Shown here in pieces: positions 1-8,754 of a DNA stretch of 64,000 bases; positions within the stretch are counted from its first letter, which is position 1, and every line of letters starts with the position of its first letter. Under the pieces are notes generated by a model. It was not told the origin of the DNA, ran no database searches, and was given only the letters and a program-made list of their open reading frames with translations. The stretch comes from an uncultured bacterium (GTDB lineage: Bacteria; Desulfobacterota_D; UBA1144; Nemesobacterales; UBA2774): assembly GCA_963705505.1 (NCBI GenBank), contig CAVPJU010000006.1, positions 640,001 to 704,000 of the forward strand, read 5' to 3'. Position numbers and translations under genes: made by a program.

Positions 1-287
1 ATCCTTGTAAAAAACAGTCGTTTTCTGATATGCATCCGGCTTTATGCGTGAGTTGCGTATATATAATCGGATGTAAGGGTATTGTCTTGCCATGTTGAAT
101 ATTTGCTTCCCGTACAGACTGAATTAAATAATCACACAAGTATTTTTTTTAGCAGTATAATTGTCAGTGTGTACATGGAGGATTGTTCTATTTAGCGATT
201 GAACGCGTCGAGCTGTATGTTATCCTGCGCTTCGATATCTAAAAAGAAACCGGGCCGGTAAATATTCATGACAGGAGGACCCGACGA

Positions 288-665
288 ATGCCGAAGGTAT
301 TGCTGATCGAAGATGAGGAATCTTTAAGGAACCTATATACAAAAATCCTTAGCACTAAAAATTATACGATCGAGACGGCTGCAGACGGAATAGATGCACT
401 CTCGGTATTGGAGACATTCAGACCGGATGTGATAGTTCTCGATATAGTTATGCCGAATTATAACGGTTTGGAGTTCCTCAAAATTCTCAAGAATAACGAC
501 GATTTTAAAAGCATACCGGTTGTTATGCTTACCGCCCTCTCTGAAATGAGGAAAATCACGGAATGTCTCGAAATGGGAGCAGTCGGGTATATTACCAAAG
601 ACAGCACGGTTGAAGAGATCGTCCAAAGATTAAATTTATTATTGGATTCTATAAGCCTGCATTAG
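288..665 (+). CDS. Single-domain response regulator (CheY-like receiver)
   Basis: VLLIEDE acidic pocket, LDIVMP phospho-acceptor, VVMLTA and YITK motifs; SD CAGGAGG upstream. Confidence 0.9.
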   Translation: MPKVLLIEDEESLRNLYTKILSTKNYTIETAADGIDALSVLETFRPDVIVLDIVMPNYNGLEFLKILKNNDDFKSIPVVMLTALSEMRKITECLEMGAVGYITKDSTVEEIVQRLNLLLDSISLH

Positions 666-1860
666 AAGTCTTCAATTCCAATATCTTGTCAAAGACCTTG
701 CTTGCTATTTCCGATTTTGCGGATTGAGGAATTTCTTCCGTCTTGCCCTCTCCGTAAATCAAATGAACAATATTCGTATCGGCTTCAAAACCCGCTCCGG
801 GTAACGAGACATCGTTCGCGATAATCAGATCGGCGTTTTTTCCTTTTAGCTTTTCGATTGCGTTCTTTAAAAGATCGTCCGTTTCGGCGGCGAAACCAAC
901 GACGAATCTGCCGTTTTTGTTCTCTCCTACTGTTTTAAGGATGTCCTTTGTCCGTTTGAGTTTGAGCAGCATTTCTTTTTCATCTTTTTTGATCTTGGAG
1001 TTTATTCTTTCAGAAGGGGCGTAATCCCCTACAGCCGCAGCTTTAATTACGATAGTCGACCAGTCGAGGTGTTCCATTACCGATTCATACATGTCTCCGG
1101 CGCTGACTACGTCTAAGAATTTAACCCCTCTAGGGGGGTCGAGATTCGTTTTTCCGGATATGAGCACGACCTCGGCTCCGCGCATGAGACCCTCTTTGGC
1201 AAGTGCGTAACCCATTTTCCCGCTCGAAGGGTTCGAGATAAATCTCACCGAATCGATGAACTCCCTGGTCGCGCCTGCGGTCACTATCACTCTTTCTCTG
1301 CTGAAATCCTTGGGCGTCAGAGTTCTTTCGATCTCGTTCACGATATCGGACGTCTCCGGCAGTCTCCCCTTTCCCTCCCATCCGCACGCGAGTTCGCCCT
1401 CGGATGGCTCGACGATTATAAACCCTCGTTTCCTCAATTTATCCAGGTTTTCCTGGACCACCTGGTTATTGTACATATTCACGTTCATAGCCGGGCATAC
1501 GATAACGGGCGAGAGTGTCGCGAGGATTACGTTTGAAAGCAGGGTATCGGCTATACCCGATGCGATTTTTCCAATGAAGCTCGCCGTCGCGGGAGCGATG
1601 ACTATCACGTCCGCCCTGTCCGCGAGGCTGATGTGCCCTATCTCGGATTCCCACTCGAGGTCGAATGTTTTTGCGGCGACGCGGTTCCCGGAGAGTGTCT
1701 GGAGGGTGAGCGGGGTCACGAACTCCATGGCATTGCTGGTCATAATGACCTGCACCGAAGCCCCTTCCTTAACGAGGCTTCTAACGAGCTCGCACGATTT
1801 GTAGGCGGCTATTCCGCCTGTTACGCCCAATATAATTTTTTTCCCTTTAATGACGGACAT
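649..1860 (-). CDS. coaBC: Bifunctional phosphopantothenoylcysteine decarboxylase/phosphopantothenate-cysteine ligase
   Basis: GVTGGIAAYK, PAMNVNMY, LACGWEGKGRL, TAGATRE, SNPSSGKMG, VGFAAET motifs. Confidence 0.97.
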   Translation of the reverse strand: MSVIKGKKIILGVTGGIAAYKSCELVRSLVKEGASVQVIMTSNAMEFVTPLTLQTLSGNRVAAKTFDLEWESEIGHISLADRADVIVIAPATASFIGKIASGIADTLLSNVILATLSPVIVCPAMNVNMYNNQVVQENLDKLRKRGFIIVEPSEGELACGWEGKGRLPETSDIVNEIERTLTPKDFSRERVIVTAGATREFIDSVRFISNPSSGKMGYALAKEGLMRGAEVVLISGKTNLDPPRGVKFLDVVSAGDMYESVMEHLDWSTIVIKAAAVGDYAPSERINSKIKKDEKEMLLKLKRTKDILKTVGENKNGRFVVGFAAETDDLLKNAIEKLKGKNADLIIANDVSLPGAGFEADTNIVHLIYGEGKTEEIPQSAKSEIASKVFDKILELKTSNAGL

Positions 1861-1970
1861 TTTTGGAATCGCTCCGTGTATTTTAAAAAATTAGCCTATT
1901 TCGCAGCAATCATACAAATAGTATATGCCTCTATTAAAGTAAGTAAAATTTTTTCTGTAGAACTAAACAG

Positions 1971-1999
1971 TTGACAAAGATATATTAGGTGTATATACT
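1971..1999 (+). promoter_or_regulatory. Sigma70 promoter of the first marR gene
   Basis: TTGACA (1971-1976), 17 nt spacer, TATACT (1994-1999). Confidence 0.8.
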
Positions 2000-2003
2000 C
2001 CTA
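1986..2003. promoter_or_regulatory. Palindromic operator, probable MarR autoregulatory site
   Basis: TAGGTGTATATACTCCTA near-perfect inverted repeat overlapping the -10 box. Confidence 0.7.
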
Positions 2004-2025
2004 TTGAAAGACCGGGGATCAGATC

Positions 2026-2511
2026 ATGACAACACCCACTAAAGGGAAAGAAGGTAATTCATCATCGGGCTTGGATCCGAGAGCTTTCGCCGAATGCAGC
2101 GAATGTACCTGTTTTAATCTGCGTAAGGCGACAAGGGTCGTGACGCAGCTATACGACGACAGGATGAGGTCTTCGGGCCTGAGGGGCACTCAGTTTGCTT
2201 TGCTCGTCCACGCGCATGCGATGGGACCTGTCGCCTTAACGAAGCTCGCCGAGGCGATGGTGACTGACCGCACGACACTGGCGCGTAATCTTGAGCCCCT
2301 TGAAAAAAACGGCTTTATCGAGGTCGAGGACGGGGAAGACCGCCGCACTCGAATCGTCGATATTACGGAAAAAGGCCGGGCGAAGCTCGCCGAGGCTTTT
2401 CCCGCCTGGAAGAAAGCGCAGGATGAAATAAAAAAGATGATGGGCCAGGATAAATGGTTGTCTATGATGTCCCAGGTGTCTCTATTGGTTGACCAAATAA
2501 AAGAGAGATAA
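2026..2511 (+). CDS. MarR family transcriptional regulator (N-terminal CxC subtype)
   Basis: CTCFNLRKATR..QLYD, DRTTLARNL helix, DRR wing motif. Confidence 0.92.
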   Translation: MTTPTKGKEGNSSSGLDPRAFAECSECTCFNLRKATRVVTQLYDDRMRSSGLRGTQFALLVHAHAMGPVALTKLAEAMVTDRTTLARNLEPLEKNGFIEVEDGEDRRTRIVDITEKGRAKLAEAFPAWKKAQDEIKKMMGQDKWLSMMSQVSLLVDQIKER

Positions 2512-2525
2512 AAAATTTTTGATTC

Positions 2526-2543
2526 TATGTGTATATACACCTT
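2526..2543. promoter_or_regulatory. Second copy of the MarR operator, upstream of the Fe-S/SCP2 gene
   Basis: TATGTGTATATACACCTT with perfect core GTGTATATACAC, matching the site at 1986. Confidence 0.7.
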
Positions 2544-2580
2544 ATAAATAAGCTAAACATCATGCAGGGGGGCTATAAGC

Positions 2581-3936
2581 ATGGCGAGAATGGAAGAACA
2601 TCCGACCGTTATAAATTATTATAAGAGCCGGGGCAATGATGATCCGGGCAAGAAAATATCAGTTCCGTCCGGCAAATTGGACGCCGACTGGCTGCGCGAT
2701 ATATGCTGCAAGGCGGGCGCTGACGACGTAGGATTCGTAGAAATAGACCGTCCCGAACTTCTCAGGGAAAGAGAAAGCATACTCGGTTATTTTCCACATA
2801 CGAGAGCCCTGATAAGCATCGTATGTAAAATGAACCGTGAGCCGATCCGCAGCCCGGCCCGATCGGTAGCGAACCTCGAGTTCCATAATATCGGAGATGT
2901 GGTAAACGAGGTAGCTCATCGGGTGGTTTCTATACTCGAAGAAAACGGCGTCCGGGCGGTGAACCCGTCTATGGGTTTCCCTATGGAGATGGGCAGATTT
3001 CCGGGAAAGACGTGGGTAGTGTCTCACAAGACCGCGGCGGTCGCGGCGGGGCTCGGGCATATGGGCATCCACCGCAACGTGATACACCCGAAATTCGGCA
3101 ACTTTATTTTGCTCGGCACTATACTCATCGATGCGGAAGTGGGGTCATATGATAGCCCCATTGATTACAATCCCTGCCTTGAATGCAAGTTGTGTGTCGC
3201 CGCGTGTCCGGTGGGTGCGATCGCCCCGGACGGTTACTTTAATTTTTCTGCCTGCTATACGCATAACTACCGTGAGTTCATGGGCGGTTTTACGAATTGG
3301 GTGGAGGGCATAGCGGACAGCAGGGACGCAAAAGATTACCTCCGCAAATTCAGCGATTCAGAGTCCGCCTCGATGTGGCAGAGCCTTTCATACGGGGCCA
3401 ATTATAAGGCCGCATACTGTATGGCGGTCTGTCCCGCCGGGGAAGATGTAATAGGGCCTTTCCTTGAGAATCGGAAAAAGTACCTCGACGATGTCGTAAA
3501 ACCTTTGCAGAGGAAAGAGGAGACGATCTACGTTGTCCCGGACTCGGATGCGGAAGCGCACGTGGCAAAAAGGTTCCCAAACAAAACTACCAAGGCTGTG
3601 TCGAACGGTTTACGTCCGAAATCCATAAATAACTTTCTCGACAGTCTGCCGCTCATATTCCAAAGAGATAAATCGGACGGGCTCGACGCCACATATCATT
3701 TTACTTTTACGGGCAAGGAGCAATCTCAGGCGACAGTCATAATACGTAACAGTTCGGTTCAAGTCCTTAATCAGCTCGTAGGCGTCCCGGATCTGCATGT
3801 AACTGCCGATAGCCGCGCCTGGCTCGGGTTTGTAAGAAAGGAACACGGTATCATTATGCCTTTGCTTCTTAGAAAAATCCGTCTCAAGGGACCTGTCAGG
3901 TTGCTGAAAGCATTCGGAAGATGTTTTCCGTCCTGA
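2581..3936 (+). CDS. QueG/reductive-dehalogenase-like 4Fe-4S protein with C-terminal SCP2 (sterol carrier) domain
   Basis: GADDVGFV, SHKTAAVAAGLGHMG..HPKFG, CLECKLCVAACPVGAI, CMAVCP; C-terminal ATYHFTFTG..PDLHVTAD..KIRLKG SCP2-like pattern. Confidence 0.8.
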   Translation: MARMEEHPTVINYYKSRGNDDPGKKISVPSGKLDADWLRDICCKAGADDVGFVEIDRPELLRERESILGYFPHTRALISIVCKMNREPIRSPARSVANLEFHNIGDVVNEVAHRVVSILEENGVRAVNPSMGFPMEMGRFPGKTWVVSHKTAAVAAGLGHMGIHRNVIHPKFGNFILLGTILIDAEVGSYDSPIDYNPCLECKLCVAACPVGAIAPDGYFNFSACYTHNYREFMGGFTNWVEGIADSRDAKDYLRKFSDSESASMWQSLSYGANYKAAYCMAVCPAGEDVIGPFLENRKKYLDDVVKPLQRKEETIYVVPDSDAEAHVAKRFPNKTTKAVSNGLRPKSINNFLDSLPLIFQRDKSDGLDATYHFTFTGKEQSQATVIIRNSSVQVLNQLVGVPDLHVTADSRAWLGFVRKEHGIIMPLLLRKIRLKGPVRLLKAFGRCFPS

Positions 3937-4250
3937 AAAACCAGTCGATCGGGATTAAGATTTGTTGATAATAATTACCGATTATTCCCGGCCCGAGCGC
4001 AATTCATGAACGATGCATCTTTCATGCCCGCATGATTTTCAGGGCGCTTTTCCTCAGTTTACATCTGTGATTGCTTATTTCCCTCCTAACCATCGACATA
4101 ATTTTTCTAAGTTACCGTATAATATTAATCTATGGCCTGTGCCGGCGAATCTTCAATCTCGAAATAAATATGTAAAACTTAAGCCTTGAAAAATTTTTCC
4201 GGATTGGAATAGGCATACAGCGCGTAACAGGAACCTGTGCGGAGGAAAAT

Positions 4251-4730
4251 ATGGACAATGTGTCTAAGGGTAAAGATCACAAGGGCGGCCCGATCGATTC
4301 GGCATCGATAATGGAGTTTGGGGAATGCACCTGCTTTAATTTGAGAAAGGCGGCAAGGGCGGTTACCCAGCTGTTTGACAATGCGATGAGACCGACCGGA
4401 ATCAGGGCGACTCAGTTCACGCTGCTCGCGCTTTCATTGGCTCACGGACCGATTACGGTTACCAGGCTTGCCGAGGAGATGGTCGCTGACCGGACCACAT
4501 TGTCGCGCAATCTGGACCCGATGGAGAAGAGCGGACTAATAAAAATAAAGGCGGGCGATGACCGTAGGACGCGTATCGTGGTTATTACCGAATCGGGGCG
4601 AAGTAAGCTCGGTGAGGCCTATCCATTATGGAAGAAAACCCAGGAAGAAATAAAGGAAACAATGGGAACGGAAAAATGGAGTGCGCTGTTATCGAATGTT
4701 TCGGAGCTGGTGAGTCAAATTCGACTTTGA
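4251..4730 (+). CDS. MarR family transcriptional regulator, paralog of 2026..2511
   Basis: CTCFNLRKAAR..QLFD, DRTTLSRNL, DRRTRIV; SD GGAGG. Confidence 0.92.
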   Translation: MDNVSKGKDHKGGPIDSASIMEFGECTCFNLRKAARAVTQLFDNAMRPTGIRATQFTLLALSLAHGPITVTRLAEEMVADRTTLSRNLDPMEKSGLIKIKAGDDRRTRIVVITESGRSKLGEAYPLWKKTQEEIKETMGTEKWSALLSNVSELVSQIRL

Positions 4731-5225
4731 CCGGTCGATGGTTACGGATGAAGTCTTAACTTTACGTGGATTTTCAGTATCCATGCTCATGTGAAAAAGG
4801 CCTATGGCGATAATTGCATTAAAGCTAAATGCCTTATGATGCGGTATATGTCATCCCTCCGTTATTCCAATCAGACTATCGGGCATATCAGGATCGAGAT
4901 ATCTCGTTTGTTACACGGCACTATGGATGTTTGTTTTACGAATAATATTCGTTTCGAGTAAGTCAATTTGACTGTTCGGGCAATGGATACATTCGCATGG
5001 TGTTCGAAACGGGTTTATGATGTAATTCCTTCTTAAGCAGGTAGAATTAATGCGGTTTTCAACATCATGTACGTACATCAAGAACATAATTGACCTTGCA
5101 AATTTCGGGATTGGCAGAATTGAGTATCAGAATTCCAAATGTGGGGTATTCTTTGCTGTCATATCTTATAAGACTGATCCGATTGAAATTAATTTCGTGA
5201 CAGAGAAACCGAGATTATTTAAGTA

Positions 5226-6803
5226 ATGAGAGAATCCATAAGAGAAACAACTGAGAGAGTCGCGGGGAATAGTGTTCCCGAAAGCCAGATTGTGAGTAAA
5301 AATACGGGGAAATGGGTTTTGGTGGTAACCATTCTGGGGTCCGGCATGGCTTTTATAGACAGTACTGCCATGAATGTAGTTCTGCCGGTGCTCCAGATGG
5401 AGCTCGATGCCACGATTCCCCAGGTACAGTGGATCGTCGAGGCATATGCTCTATTTATGTCCTCTCTTATGTTATTGGGCGGTGCACTCGGAGATAAATT
5501 CGGAAGAAAGCGGATATTCGCATTGGGGGTCGTAATATTTTCGGGAGCGTCCATATGGTGCGGTCTTTCCCCCAACACGAGTCATTTAATTGTCGCCCGG
5601 GCTTTTCAGGGTGTGGGAGGAGCTCTTCTCGTGCCTGGAAGTCTGGCCATCATCAATATTTCGTTCAGCGAGGAGCAGCGGGGCAGGGCTATAGGCACAT
5701 GGTCCGCATTTACGGCTATTACCACAGCACTCGGTCCTATTCTCGGCGGATGGCTTGCTGAAAATGTTTCATGGCGTCTCGTTTTTTTCATCAACATCCC
5801 GATAGGTCTTGTAGTTTTGACCACTCTTTTCTGGAGGATACCGGAAAGCAGGAAGAACAACGGGGAGGGTAGGTTAGACATCCTGGGGTCTTTTCTCGCG
5901 ACGATGAGCCTCGGGTGCATTGTGTATGCATTGATCGAGTCCGGCAACTCCGGGTTCGGTCATCCGAAGGTAATAGCGCCTTTCGTCGCCGGAGGGCTGT
6001 CCCTGGTTGCATTCATCTTGTGCGAAGCCTACAGTTCTTCACCGATGATGCCGCTTAGTCTTTTCAGGTCCAGGACCTTCAGCGGTGCGAATTTCATATC
6101 GGCTTTGTTCTGGGCCGCCTGGGTCGGGGGAGTATTCTTTATTCCATTTAACCTCATCCAGCTTCAGGGGTATTCAGCTGTGGGCGTCGGGATCGCATTC
6201 ATGCCGCTCGTCCTCGCGTTGTTTTTATTTTCCAGGTGGGCGGGGGGCCTGGTAATAAATTACGGGGCGAAGCCGCCGCTGATCGTCGGAACTATTCTGG
6301 CAGGCATCGGTTTTCTTTTATTCACTCTGCCCGGGATAGGAGGAAGCTACTGGAAGACATTCTTTCCCGCTATAGCGGTCCTGGGGTTAGGCATGGCCAT
6401 AACAGTTTCACCTCTCACTACAGCCGTAATGAGCTCTATAGACCTCGAGCACTCGGGCGTTGCTTCAGGTATAAATAACTCCGTGGGCAGGATTGCGGGG
6501 CTCCTTTCGATCGCCATACTCGGGGTTTTCGCGCTGTCCACGTTCAATAGAAACCTGGACGCTGAGTTGAGAACGCTCAAGCTCGAGCAAAGTACAATCA
6601 GGGTAATCGATGCACAGCGTATAAAGCTTGCGGCAATAGATATACCCGAATCGCTTCCGGAAACGACAAAGAAAGAGATACGCAGCGCGATATTCGATTC
6701 CTTTCTGGGATCGTTCAGGCTGATGATGAAGATATCCGCGGGGCTCGTATTCGTAGGCGCTTTAACGGCCTGGCTCACGATCGAGAAATTGAGGTCGGGT
6801 TAA
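5226..6803 (+). CDS. MFS transporter, DHA2/EmrB-like drug efflux
   Basis: GALGDKFGRKR motif A, ARAFQGVGGA, GPILGG, WRLVFFINIPIG; many TM segments. Confidence 0.92.
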   Translation: MRESIRETTERVAGNSVPESQIVSKNTGKWVLVVTILGSGMAFIDSTAMNVVLPVLQMELDATIPQVQWIVEAYALFMSSLMLLGGALGDKFGRKRIFALGVVIFSGASIWCGLSPNTSHLIVARAFQGVGGALLVPGSLAIINISFSEEQRGRAIGTWSAFTAITTALGPILGGWLAENVSWRLVFFINIPIGLVVLTTLFWRIPESRKNNGEGRLDILGSFLATMSLGCIVYALIESGNSGFGHPKVIAPFVAGGLSLVAFILCEAYSSSPMMPLSLFRSRTFSGANFISALFWAAWVGGVFFIPFNLIQLQGYSAVGVGIAFMPLVLALFLFSRWAGGLVINYGAKPPLIVGTILAGIGFLLFTLPGIGGSYWKTFFPAIAVLGLGMAITVSPLTTAVMSSIDLEHSGVASGINNSVGRIAGLLSIAILGVFALSTFNRNLDAELRTLKLEQSTIRVIDAQRIKLAAIDIPESLPETTKKEIRSAIFDSFLGSFRLMMKISAGLVFVGALTAWLTIEKLRSG

Positions 6804-7015
6804 CGGCAATTACAGTAGCGATAACAAAGCTAATAATTTTCCTTCCTTGAAGAATCCTTTCACAAAAATTTCCGTCTAAGAATATATCCGCTTGCTCAAT
6901 GTCGAGATTTTAAGAACTGCGCCCGCTTCTGTATCGATTGATTAGATATTGGATGAGTTGTATTCTATTGATATCATTAAATCTATCATAATACTTTATT
7001 TCTAAGGGGGTAACT

Positions 7016-7426
7016 ATGTCGGAGAAAGTTAAAAAAACAGACGAAGAATGGAAGAAGGAGCTGACTGAAGAGCAATATTACGTCACGAGACAAAAGGGCA
7101 CCGAAAGACCGTTTACCGGAGAATATCACGATAACAAGGAAAAGGGGATGTATAAATGCGTGTGCTGCGGTGAGGATCTCTTCAGCTCCGATACGAAGTT
7201 CGAGTCCGGTACGGGATGGCCGAGCTTCTATAAACCTGCCAAAGACGGAATGATAAAAGAGGAGGCCGACAGGAGCCTCGGCATGACGAGGACCGAGGTG
7301 GTGTGCAGCAAGTGCGGTGCGCACCTTGGGCACGTTTTCCCGGACGGTCCCAAGCCTACGGGACTCCGGTACTGTATTAACTCCTGCGCCCTAGATTTTG
7401 ATAAGGACGAGGGAGAGAAGGAATAG
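7016..7426 (+). CDS. msrB: Peptide methionine-(R)-sulfoxide reductase
   Basis: [35 protein letters not shown]. Confidence 0.97.
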   Translation: MSEKVKKTDEEWKKELTEEQYYVTRQKGTERPFTGEYHDNKEKGMYKCVCCGEDLFSSDTKFESGTGWPSFYKPAKDGMIKEEADRSLGMTRTEVVCSKCGAHLGHVFPDGPKPTGLRYCINSCALDFDKDEGEKE

Positions 7427-7535
7427 CTCGTTTCGACAGAGACTCGATCGGGTGTAAATCACCGCATACGATTTGTTATTGTTTTTAACGTGTATCTGTT
7501 TTAAGCCGTTCTATCGCTTCCTTTGCATCGACCTT

Positions 7536-8420
7536 CTAATTCGCGGAGCCGAGTTTATCCACGAAATTGCATTCGCCGAAGCCGCCTTTCTTCATTATAA
7601 AGTCCATGTCGAGCGGGTCCTCTTCCCTGCCTTCGTAGGGCGGTACTCGGATACAAAAGCAGCCGCCCTCGATTAATGTGGCATTCTTTACGAGATACTC
7701 GGGAACGACAGACCTCACGAGCGCTTCCTCCGCAGTCAGGGCGTTGCCGCTGCTGCCGTTAACCGCGAAGCCGAGGCCGCTGAAGGAAGAGGAGATTCCG
7801 TAGAGGCTGCCGAGCACGCCCGCCAGGTCCGGGTCGAGCATTATAAACGCTCCGAGGCCGATCGCATTCGCAAGGCTTTCGGCGATGATCTCGCTCGGCG
7901 TATCGGTATAGTCCTCAGCTAAACAAAATAGCACGTTCTCCGGCGAGCTCACGTCAGGGGGGCACGTGAATTGTCCGTCCAGGTCCTGTGTTAAGAGTTC
8001 AAATACCTTCGGCCAGGTCGCGAGATTGGGCTCGAGCGCGGCAGGCTCGTCCGGTATGCATCTGAAGGCCACGAGGTCCAATTCCCTTTCGTTTTGTCCG
8101 ACGGGGATGCCGAAGAAGGCGGCGGTCTTTTCGAGAGACACAGGGGGCTCGTAGAATACCGAAGCGCCGACGAATACCCTGAGAGCGCTCGGCCGTCCGA
8201 GCTGTGTCGGTACGACGTTCCTTGGCAGGAATGCAATTCTCAGGAAATCATTTGTCTCATTTACATTACGCGAGTTCTCAACGATAACTGCAGGGGCTTC
8301 CTGCCCGGACTCGGAGCCTGAGCCCTCGTCACACGAAACGCTTAAGAAATAAAATACGGAGAGCATTATGCAAAGAGCGTAATAAAGACGTATGGTTATC
8401 GAGCAGGGTCCTTTTGCCAA
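7536..8420 (-). CDS. Hypothetical exported protein, possible lipoprotein
   Basis: TTG start after SD AAGGAGG; hydrophobic N-terminus ending LSVS-C, then a Ser/Gly/Glu linker; several Cys; no family recognised. Confidence 0.65.
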   Translation of the reverse strand: MAKGPCSITIRLYYALCIMLSVFYFLSVSCDEGSGSESGQEAPAVIVENSRNVNETNDFLRIAFLPRNVVPTQLGRPSALRVFVGASVFYEPPVSLEKTAAFFGIPVGQNERELDLVAFRCIPDEPAALEPNLATWPKVFELLTQDLDGQFTCPPDVSSPENVLFCLAEDYTDTPSEIIAESLANAIGLGAFIMLDPDLAGVLGSLYGISSSFSGLGFAVNGSSGNALTAEEALVRSVVPEYLVKNATLIEGGCFCIRVPPYEGREEDPLDMDFIMKKGGFGECNFVDKLGSAN

Positions 8421-8754
8421 CTTATTTCCTCCTTTATTAACGGTCTTCGGCTGTGATATGGGAATTATAATCCCGGTTCCTTGCGAATGTTTATTTAATT
8501 AATTTCGGCAATCCAGGAAAGTGATTCGATGCCCGGATGTACGCTTTCCGTCTATGCGTCCGGAAGAGCATCGTGTAAGTGTGATGCAGGTAGATTGGTC
8601 CGAGTATTGGAGTCACAGCTGAAGCCGGGTTCGCGAGCCGCAGCCATCTTGCTGCAACTTATGGGAAACATATCGGATGCTTTCCGATTCAGTTTCGCCT
8701 CGCGGGCTCAGCCGATTTAATGGATCGAAACGAAGCCTGCGCCTCTACTATGGT

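Noticed and set aside
2581..3936. Calling the gene queG or a respiratory rdhA
   Set aside because: The second Fe-S motif differs, there is an SCP2 fusion, and there is no Tat signal or rdhB-like anchor gene
8421..8754. Intergenic stretch with small hairpins and short ORFs
   Set aside because: No recognisable RNA family, promoter/terminator pair or protein motif
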